IMG/VR virus record: IMGVR_UViG_3300018875_000004
Location: 32,184 to 96,183 of that record
DNA: 64,000 nt
Direction: 5' to 3' (one strand)
Source of the DNA: a virus
The translations under genes were made by a program, and so were the position numbers. Shown here piece by piece: positions 26,879-35,600 of this stretch (its first letter is position 1; every line of letters starts with the position of its first letter). The notes below the pieces were generated by a model. The model ran no database searches, was not told the origin of the DNA, and was given only the letters and a program-made list of their open reading frames with translations.

Positions 26879-28710
26879 TGCTCATCCTCCGGTCGTTCGA
26901 ATAGCATTCTCAGTCGCAGGCTGTATACTGGATATTCAGATTCGATATACCCTGCCTTATTGGTCAGCGCCTGACTGGATTTGTCCACTTGCTGGACAGT
27001 GTAGATTTTTGGCGGCGCTTCTTTCCCGCCTGCGCTGTACTCCTGATGCTCCAGTGGCGAGATTGGGTACCAGGTGGCTCCGTCATCGATGGACACAAAA
27101 TACTTAATCCATTTGTACTCCGTGCCGGGTTCCGCACTTTCAATCATCAGTGGATTATCCTCGTCCACAGACAGCGTAATCTTCTCCAGCGGCTGGTCGA
27201 AGTAATACGGCTCTGTGACGATCTCTCCGCTCGTTTCATACTCGTAAGAGTAAATGTTAATCCCACGGATTCCGATGCAGTAGCGCCAGCCCTCGAAGCG
27301 CTCTGTGCCAATATCGATGGTCTGTTGGGTGATCCCTCTTGATAGGGATGTGATCACATCATCCAAGATAGCGCCAGAAGCATCCTGACCTTGCAGTGGA
27401 TAGTAGGCTTCGACGCTGGAGTCCTTCACGCTGACTTCGACTCCAATATCCTGCAGGGCAACCAGCGGACCGTCTACGCGCGGCAGATAGCCGGGCTTTA
27501 CCTGCTTGGTGACGGTGTTCATCGCGTAATCCACATCGCCGCCTGTCTGCTGATTCTGCTCATAATACTCATGACCGATGTCGGTATAGTATTTGGTCTT
27601 CTGCTCGAACAGTACGGAGATGACCTTCGCTTTCTGCGGCGAGAAGTGGAATATATAATCATCATCTTTTTTATTTGCCCCGATAACCGATACCGGTACG
27701 CCGCTGCCATCTGAAATCAGAATGTCTTTGACGATGGCCGTCTTCGCCCCCTGGTTCGGCGGCGTGTACATCTCCACGTCGATCGCATTCACGGTAGACG
27801 CTTCGTCGAGGACGATCTGCATGTGCAGCTTCAGCACACCGTTGTCCGGATCCCGAGCCCATTTTAATTTTTGATTTCCATTCACCTGATAATCGAAGCC
27901 GAGATTCTTGGCCACGTTCTGTTTATCATGATCGCGGACGTTGACCAGTTCGAACTCGAACCAGGTGTCGGGGTTACCATCCAGTACCGCACCGTAGGCA
28001 GCGTGGTTGTTCTTGCCGCCGACATACTGGTACGTGTAATCGTTCTGGGTGTTGCCGGCACCGACTGTCACCTCGTGGTTGTTCCCTGGGAAGCCGTTGG
28101 ACTCTGTACCCAGGATGAAGCTGTCATACGTCTTGTTTCCGGGAATGATCGTTACCTGTGCGCTCTGACTCAGGTTGATGCTGTCTGTTTGCGGCAGCGT
28201 CACGATTCCGTTGTTGATACTGGCAGCATTGCCGGTCGTCCGGTCGTAGTCGATCTTGTCGTTGTTCACGAAGTCGTTGCGGCGGAAGGTAATCTTCCCG
28301 TTCGATTGCATGTTGGAAGACAGCAGCTGCAGGTCTTTCAGCTTATCCTGAATGACGCTGAACTTGCTTTGCAGAATACTCTGCTGCACCATGTTGTGGT
28401 TGAAGTCGGTGTATAGCGCACGTCCGATGATATCGATCTCCTGATACATCATAACCAGGTCACGCTTGATCTCGTCCATCATGTTATTGTAATCTTCCGA
28501 CCATGGAGGCCCGCCTTCCGGCGCAAGCCGCAGCATCATTTGCGGCTGGCCGATCGACGTGAAGAAGGCTTCGAATGCCTGGAAGACATTCTGAATCAGC
28601 TTGGTGTTGGTCTTGATGCTGCCGTCATTGAATGCAGCATGGGCTGCATCGAACTGGGCTTTCGCCTGCTCATAGAGCAGCTGCGAGTTATTCTTAATAG
28701 GCTCACTCAT
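26875..28710 (-). CDS. Baseplate-associated structural protein (paralog family), lacking the terminal TP strand
   Basis: SEDYN..KRDLVMMY; AVLDGNPDTWFE; YFVSIDDGATW; ends LRLRMLFERPEDEQ. Confidence 0.7.
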   Translation of the reverse strand: MSEPIKNNSQLLYEQAKAQFDAAHAAFNDGSIKTNTKLIQNVFQAFEAFFTSIGQPQMMLRLAPEGGPPWSEDYNNMMDEIKRDLVMMYQEIDIIGRALYTDFNHNMVQQSILQSKFSVIQDKLKDLQLLSSNMQSNGKITFRRNDFVNNDKIDYDRTTGNAASINNGIVTLPQTDSINLSQSAQVTIIPGNKTYDSFILGTESNGFPGNNHEVTVGAGNTQNDYTYQYVGGKNNHAAYGAVLDGNPDTWFEFELVNVRDHDKQNVAKNLGFDYQVNGNQKLKWARDPDNGVLKLHMQIVLDEASTVNAIDVEMYTPPNQGAKTAIVKDILISDGSGVPVSVIGANKKDDDYIFHFSPQKAKVISVLFEQKTKYYTDIGHEYYEQNQQTGGDVDYAMNTVTKQVKPGYLPRVDGPLVALQDIGVEVSVKDSSVEAYYPLQGQDASGAILDDVITSLSRGITQQTIDIGTERFEGWRYCIGIRGINIYSYEYETSGEIVTEPYYFDQPLEKITLSVDEDNPLMIESAEPGTEYKWIKYFVSIDDGATWYPISPLEHQEYSAGGKEAPPKIYTVQQVDKSSQALTNKAGYIESEYPVYSLRLRMLFERPEDEQ

Positions 28711-31174
28711 CTCTTACCTCCTGATCGTAAGTCTGGCAACGGATAGACCAACTATAGACAGACGGTGTAACGCTCTCGTAGCCGGCGCTATTGCGGCGCA
28801 GGATGGCTTTCAATCGAACGTCTGTTGTCAGATAGTAATAGTCCACGGTAATGTTCTTCAGCTCACCGTCAAAAGCGGATATCGGGAAGTACAGCGTGTT
28901 GCCGATCTGTGCAAAGTTCTTTCCATCATTTTCATTTTGCAGCCGGTTCTTATCGTAGGTTCCGCTGGCGTAGTCTGTAATGTTCTGGTATTCTACGCCG
29001 CCGACCCGGACGATCACCGGATAGTAAAGCTTATCCATGCTCAGTTGGCTGCTGTCCTGCGTATAGCGGTCATCGTGCGAATTGTAGTCGAAGATTTCGC
29101 TCCGGTACACATACGGGATATGCTGAAGCGTGACCGTGTTGTTGGCGCTCACCGCATTGAAGTATTCGCCAGTCTCACCCTGTGGATTGATATACTGCAT
29201 GGGCTGCACCTTGTCAGCATCCACATCCACAAAGTACGCTTCGTTCGCTGGTTTGTAGTCCACGGTGTAAATGCTTGATGCCGAGTAATACGTCTGCCGG
29301 ATCCCGATGCGTTTTCCATCATCAGTGATGACGTACTGCTCCCCGCCGATCGGCACGCCGTCTCTGCGGACGGTCACGGTGTCTTTCGAGATAGCCGGGA
29401 AGCGGAAGCTGAAGTTAATCGTGTTTTGCAGCAGGTAATCATCTCCGCCTACAGTGCTGCCGAGCAGCAGCTCTCCCTTGACGTAATCCTTGTTCGCCGG
29501 CATGATCGGCATCCATGCAGTCGGCTCCGGATTCTTCTTGTAGCTGATGTAATACTCGATATCGGTGATCCGTGCCTGGTCCCCATTCTCTAAATCCATA
29601 TCATGGTGCTTCTCTTCGGTGGTCAGCGACATACGTTTCACGTTGCCGGATACCGGCAGCCCCTCGGAGACGTAGATTGATCGCGGCAGATACTTCCGCC
29701 CGGTGATGCCGATGTTGTAGAAGCCGTACAGGTACGACAGCTTATTGGCTGCGATGTATTGCTGGCTGAGTGTGCCTTCGCTCGCGGCCGCTTCATTCAT
29801 ATTGGCGCTCACTGATCGCAGCGCAAGCATCATCGGGTTTTGGTAATTGCCCATGCGGACTTGCTCCATGGCGCTCTTGGCTGCGCTCAGTACGGACTTG
29901 GCTTTATCGCCCTGCTTGGCTGCCCAATCTTGAAGGGCGCTCAGGTACTGGCTCCAGCCGGTCAGTTGATTCTTTTTATCGAACTCTGCAATACTCTCCC
30001 CCGGCTCCCGCTTGTCTGCGATCGCATCGGTACCGAGACGCTGCAGCTCTGCATTGCCGGCAATTTTATTCCATAGTTCCATGTTATTCTGTTCATCCAC
30101 ATTCACCAGGTAGTTCTCTTTGATGTAGTTCTCCTGACGAACCAGGATGCGCAGCTTCGCAATGTCCACCGATGGGAACTGGAATGTCATTTGACCGACC
30201 GACTTCTTGCTGCGCTGGTATGGATTCTCGTGATCCGGAGTCACCAGCTTGTAGGTCTTTCCGGCGTAGTCCGAAGACTCATAGCCGTGGATGGCCACAA
30301 TCTCCAGCGGGTAAGACGCATACGGATCGAAGGAGATTTCGGATACGGTAGTGATGCCGTTAAGCTGAATCTCCAGCTCGCACATCGCCCCATCCATTTC
30401 ATATCCTTCATAGTCGTGCGTCCACAGGTCGCTGATGTCCTGCGTGATTACATCGTCAGCCAGAATGACTTCTGCCCAGAAAGTTTCCTGGGAGCCATCG
30501 ATCGCATTGTTGATGGGGTTGTTCGTATTTGTGGCTACGGTGCCGATTCGGTTCAGCACCTGAATCGATGCCAGCTTCCGGCCGTAAGGGTTCTTCAGCT
30601 GGTCGATCGTCTCAAAGGAAGCCAGCTGCAGCGCATCGCTGACAATCTCGGCTCCGTATTTGCTGGCGAGAAACTGTCCGTACCGATCCTTGCGCAGGAT
30701 GGCCAGATTGGTTTCGTCGGTCTCGGTATACTGCGGTGCTTTGTATTGCTCATGGACGCCTTCCACAAACCCATCTGTATTTTTCATGATCAGGGTCTGC
30801 TTATCAACTTCGGCATTCAGTGCCGATATCTTCTTGCGGATGTCAGCCAGCATCGATCTGGCCAGCCGCTGGTTATCATTCATCAGACTATCAATCTGAT
30901 TCGACGCGGCAAACAGCGTGGAAAGATCGAAAGCAATCTCCTCCAGGTTGCTGTTGTATCCCTTCGAGTCTGTCTTGCCGGTTTGATGCCGAGCCTGAAA
31001 GGTTGGCGTGGCGTTGGTGGAATCCAACTGCTTCAGCAGCCGCTCCAATTCCGCTTGAAACTCGGTATCGCTTTTGATATATCCTTCTTTCTGCTTCAGC
31101 TCCAGAAGCTCCATGAGCTTTTGCCTCTGGGTCTGCGGCAGCGTGGACAGGAATTGATCTAAATAATTAGACAT
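28703..31174 (-). CDS. Baseplate-associated structural protein (paralog family)
   Basis: SKGYN..AFDLSTLF; NAIDGSQETFW; C-terminal RLKAILRR..TPSVYSWSI. Confidence 0.7.
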   Translation of the reverse strand: MSNYLDQFLSTLPQTQRQKLMELLELKQKEGYIKSDTEFQAELERLLKQLDSTNATPTFQARHQTGKTDSKGYNSNLEEIAFDLSTLFAASNQIDSLMNDNQRLARSMLADIRKKISALNAEVDKQTLIMKNTDGFVEGVHEQYKAPQYTETDETNLAILRKDRYGQFLASKYGAEIVSDALQLASFETIDQLKNPYGRKLASIQVLNRIGTVATNTNNPINNAIDGSQETFWAEVILADDVITQDISDLWTHDYEGYEMDGAMCELEIQLNGITTVSEISFDPYASYPLEIVAIHGYESSDYAGKTYKLVTPDHENPYQRSKKSVGQMTFQFPSVDIAKLRILVRQENYIKENYLVNVDEQNNMELWNKIAGNAELQRLGTDAIADKREPGESIAEFDKKNQLTGWSQYLSALQDWAAKQGDKAKSVLSAAKSAMEQVRMGNYQNPMMLALRSVSANMNEAAASEGTLSQQYIAANKLSYLYGFYNIGITGRKYLPRSIYVSEGLPVSGNVKRMSLTTEEKHHDMDLENGDQARITDIEYYISYKKNPEPTAWMPIMPANKDYVKGELLLGSTVGGDDYLLQNTINFSFRFPAISKDTVTVRRDGVPIGGEQYVITDDGKRIGIRQTYYSASSIYTVDYKPANEAYFVDVDADKVQPMQYINPQGETGEYFNAVSANNTVTLQHIPYVYRSEIFDYNSHDDRYTQDSSQLSMDKLYYPVIVRVGGVEYQNITDYASGTYDKNRLQNENDGKNFAQIGNTLYFPISAFDGELKNITVDYYYLTTDVRLKAILRRNSAGYESVTPSVYSWSIRCQTYDQEVRDE

Positions 31175-31176
31175 GA

Positions 31177-31488
31177 TTACTCTCCTGTTCTCGGTTGTGG
31201 TGGTTTAATAGAGGAGTGTCCTTTTGGTGGGGGCTTGATTGTGATCGACTCAAGAAAAATACCGTGGCACTCATCGCAGTATGGACCCATTACCATCCCG
31301 CTTTTCGTAACCGTCACACGATGTTTGCCTGCGTTCGCCCAATATCTTTCATTGCAAAAGTTGCATGTCCAGAATCCGACGATCCAAAGCATAAATCTAT
31401 AGGTGGCGACTACGAGCAGAAGAGCCAGTCCAATGTTCCACGAAAACAAAAGCCAAAAGGCTGGTATCTTGCATAGGGTTTTCAACAT
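31177..31488 (-). CDS. Membrane-anchored zinc-ribbon protein (moron-like)
   Basis: AGGAGG RBS before MLKTLC; TM segment, then CNFC...CDEC and a Pro-rich tail. Confidence 0.65.
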   Translation of the reverse strand: MLKTLCKIPAFWLLFSWNIGLALLLVVATYRFMLWIVGFWTCNFCNERYWANAGKHRVTVTKSGMVMGPYCDECHGIFLESITIKPPPKGHSSIKPPQPRTGE

Positions 31489-31534
31489 ACTTATCCTCCT
31501 TTCGTATGTAAAGACAGCCAGTACGGCTGCCTTC

Positions 31535-32593
31535 TTATTTGGAGACGACTCCTGCCTGTCCGTCAAACGGCTCATACTCGTTCGTATCTGGATTCAATTT
31601 CTCCAGCACAAAGTGGCTGAGATTCGGATGATCGTTGTAGCTGAACATCGCGTGGACGTTTCCGTTTTGAACTTCGACCTGCAGGCCTTTCGGTGTAATG
31701 CTTTCCAGAAGAATGTCCTTCCGGTTTCGAGCGATGGAGTAGTCCGCCGTCCAGTTCGTTCCCTTCATCTGCTTGATGTCGCTGACGACTTCGGTCACGA
31801 CAGCTTCCATGCGCTGAACAAAGGTAAGCGTCGGGCTGGATTTCGTAAGCATCATCTGCAGCGTGTAATACAGGAAGTCTTCCGGTACATTGTTGAAGTT
31901 CAGTCGTGCCGGATAAACCAGCGTGACAGGCACCTTCGGAGACTCAGATAGGATGATCAGTCCGCTTTCGTAAACGGTTCCTGTGATCGCTTCCTGATTG
32001 GTGCCCAGCACGACTCGATCGCCTTTGGCATCAAGAACCGTCACATCTCCTTTTACATATTCCACGCCTTCCTGCGGAGCAAGCTGCACTTCGTAGTGAT
32101 TCAGCGGGAACTCGCTCTTGTAATTGAATGGCAGGATGATATCCTTCTCTGCGAAACTCTGTCCTTCTTCGGCTACGGCTTGCAGCTCCCGGATGCGGTA
32201 GTCCAGCTTGAGCCCATCGCTGATTGAACTGTCTACACTGGCAATCGCGTTGTTGATCTCGTCTTTGATATACGGATCAATGTCCACGCCTTTACCGGTG
32301 GCGTTCTCTGCGATTTCGATTACCTGGGCTTTCAGGTCATCCAGCAGTTTTTTCAGGCGCTGTCCCTTCGCAGCAACAACCCCGTAAGTGGCCGTGTTCA
32401 GCTCGGCCAGTGCATCCTCCGCCTTAACGATCGCGCTGATCGCATTGGTGCGGTTGATGTTGATCTGTGGCAGGGCGCTCAGGATTTGGATTTTATTATT
32501 CTCCCAATCCGTCATATCCTGCTGCAGACCGTTGATCTTCGTTTCGAGGCCATTCACAAATTGAATGACATCTTTAGTATTCGAGATTGGCAT
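31535..32593 (-). CDS. Coiled-coil structural protein
   Basis: AAGGAGG RBS; N-terminal coiled coil and a beta-rich C-terminus; followed by a hairpin at ~31511-31534. Confidence 0.7.
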   Translation of the reverse strand: MPISNTKDVIQFVNGLETKINGLQQDMTDWENNKIQILSALPQININRTNAISAIVKAEDALAELNTATYGVVAAKGQRLKKLLDDLKAQVIEIAENATGKGVDIDPYIKDEINNAIASVDSSISDGLKLDYRIRELQAVAEEGQSFAEKDIILPFNYKSEFPLNHYEVQLAPQEGVEYVKGDVTVLDAKGDRVVLGTNQEAITGTVYESGLIILSESPKVPVTLVYPARLNFNNVPEDFLYYTLQMMLTKSSPTLTFVQRMEAVVTEVVSDIKQMKGTNWTADYSIARNRKDILLESITPKGLQVEVQNGNVHAMFSYNDHPNLSHFVLEKLNPDTNEYEPFDGQAGVVSK

Positions 32594-32609
32594 ACTTTGG
32601 CCTCCTTAT

Positions 32610-32640
32610 AAAAAAACAGCTCGCAGTAAAGAGCGAGCTG
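32610..32640 (-). terminator. Intrinsic terminator
   Basis: CAGCTCGC-loop-GCGAGCTG followed by T7 on the minus strand. Confidence 0.8.
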
Positions 32641-32658
32641 CTGTTTATTATCTTAACA

Positions 32659-32672
32659 TGTAACGTGTTACA
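32659..32672. promoter_or_regulatory. Palindromic site TGTAACGTGTTACA
   Basis: Recurring motif; overlaps the stop codon of the 1713-aa gene. Confidence 0.65.
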
Positions 32673-35600
32673 TTTCTATAAGTTCTACGCCTTCAATCTC
32701 CGTAAATTTAGGGAACATCTTCACGTAGTCTACTTGCAAGCCGCCGATTGCAGATCCGCTGTCATCGCGGTTGACTTGGATGATAATCGAATCGACATCT
32801 CCGTCATTCAGAATGTCAGCCGTGTAAATCATCCACTCTTCGCTGTTCACGATCGCCATTGGCACCTCGGCCGTTTCTCCATTTTTATATACATACCTTA
32901 TCAGTGCTGCTGACCGGTCTGCTGCGCCCGCCATCTTCTTCGCTTTAATATCCAGCGTGTAGTCGCTGTAATCTAGTTTAGAAGCGGACAGCAGCACTCC
33001 GTATACGCCGCCTTCTTCGATCTGCAGAATAGAGTTATCTCCGGTGCCGAGGTCCTGTTGGTTGATGAAATACAGTCCGCTCGAAAGGCTGGCGCTATAT
33101 TCGTCCAGGTGCTTGCCGTATAAGAACTCCGGATTGCCCAGTACGTTCAGGTCATTCGGCTGCGGATCGTAATACTCAATGATCGGCAGGATACCGTATC
33201 CTTTATGCTTGGCCACAGCTGCTTGCACTTCGGATTCGCTGAAGGTGGTCAGGACGCTTCGCGGCAGCCGGATAACAATGACGCCGTTCTCCTGATACGC
33301 TTCGCCATCAAAGTAGCCGATATCCCAGTGGTACAAGGATTCGCGATTGACTTTGGCGATCACCGCTTTGGAGAGGGCTTCGTCCAGTCCGCCACCCCGG
33401 GTCCGGGTGTCCATGATAACGACATCCTTCTTGAGGTTGGAATTTGCTTGCACGGTGACTTTGCCCAGCCGCAGCATGGATGGATCGTAGTTGTAATCAT
33501 CCGGTTCGAACCAGTAGGCGTCGTCGGTGTGGAAGATCGCCTGGCTTCGGGTCGTGCCGCTGATGAGCTGTGCGCCAGACTCCTGCTGAATCCAGATGGA
33601 AGTCGGTCGCAGGTAAACGTGCATCTGCCGCACCAGCAGCTGATTGCTTTGCTCCTCGGTGGTCGTGTAGGATTCCCGCAGCGGGATATCGCCCGGCACC
33701 CATTCGTGGAAGCCGTCCTTCGCCATCGTGAAGCGGTGTCCTGGACTTGGATTCAGATCCAGATGGAAGAACTGGTTATCTCGGTTGAAGCCGCGGTACG
33801 TGTACCAGTCCTCGACGTAAGCATACCAGACGACGATTTCATCCTGATCCCGAATCTTATCGTGCAGGTAGACGATGCCTTTCTTCGCATCGATGTCGGA
33901 GACGCGCAGCTTACGGGATTGATTCATCCGAATCGCTTCGACCTCCAGGTAACTCACCCCGGCTTCCGAAGCCAGTGCGATCGGCGTAAAGCCTACCTGA
34001 ATCGCCTTGTCATTCAGAATGACAGGATGCTCTCTGTCGATCAGGACGACCGGCTGATTGTAGAACTCCTGGTTGCCGTATTCCGGCACGGTGTAATCCA
34101 TGATGATTTCCTTGCGCTCGTCCGGGCTTGTTGGCGCATAAGCGATCAGCTCTGGATAGGACACGTATAATTGCGGAACCTTCTCCCCTGCTTCATAGTA
34201 CGGCAGGATCAGGCGTTTCTTCACTCGGCCATTCTTCACTCGCACGTACCAGTTGTCGATCTCGGTGTTCGCCTGCTCGACCTTGGGCTTCTCTATTTCT
34301 ATTTTTTTATCATCATCAATTTTGATGGCCAGCACCGGTACCGACTCCAACTCCTCGAATGTCGTCCATGCTACCAAGTCCGCAGTCAGACCGTCGATCA
34401 CTTTGGTTGTTCCCGGCTGCAGGATGCTCTTCATCCGCATGCGGTTCACACCGTGGTTCGCTTGATCGACCTCGAAGTACTCTCGCTTCTGCCAGGTATA
34501 ATGCCAGCGATAGTTGACCCGGTTCTCCCGGTTGTTGCCCGCCGCGTCCCCGCGCTCAATCCGCAGCAGGATTTCACCGGCTGGCACGTCTGCTGGAATG
34601 CCCAGCTTCTCCAGGATGTTGCCGCTGCCGAACAGCTGCCCCATGGACTTCATACCTTCCTGCTTATAAATCTTGTCGGTGCCTTCTGCTGGCAGCGTAA
34701 TCGGTGCGCCAATTGGCAGGATCGGTGGAATGTCTACATCTGCAGATACGGTGTTGTCCCGGTTAATCCGGATACTGACTCCCTCGCCACTCGTTACCCA
34801 GATACGACTCCAGCTGAAGTTCTGTACCTCGGAAGGAATGGCATCCCGGGTTAGGTTCGGCGGAGTCAGTGTCACCTGCATTACGCCGTCTGCTCGCATA
34901 ACAGCTTTACCGGTCCCGGTGATATTCTTCCGGTTGTCGCTGGTTTTCCACGGCGTACTGATCGTGCCGCCCGCTTCGTTGCTGTTGGTCGCCGCCCAGA
35001 TATATCCGTCATTTCGCACTTCTGCCCGAAGGTCTGCTGGATCACCAATCACGCTTGGTGTTGTTACCGTGTAAGGCATCTTGCCGCCGTAGGTATCCTG
35101 CATATATTTCTCAATCATGGGATTCAGAATGTCGGCTGGCTTCTTGTCGGAGACCTGCACCCAGTCGTTACTGGTCAGGGTTACATCCGTCCAATCCGTA
35201 CACATCTCGTGAACGTCCAGCTCGGTAAACTTCAGCTTCGACCATAGCGCATTCTCCTGGGAGATGTTACAGATGCCGTAGGAGCCTTTGCTGTAGGTGG
35301 TGTCTGTCGCTTCGCAAACCAGTGTGCCGATGGCTTCGTCTGATGTATCGTTGCCGATGTATACCTGGAACTTGCTGCCGGCAACCACGACTCTGATCTT
35401 GTACGTCTCGCCCGGCACCCAGCCTTTTGCGTTGTAGTTGGTGCTGGCCGTGATGTTCTCGAAGGATGATTTGGTCTTGTCAGACTTGTACTGGCAATTA
35501 GGATGCAGCGCATCGGAGTAAGGCGGCAGCGTGCTTCTCTTCGCTTTGAAGATACCTTTCTTCCGGTTCTTGAATCCGTAATTGGACATGTAGGTCGTCA

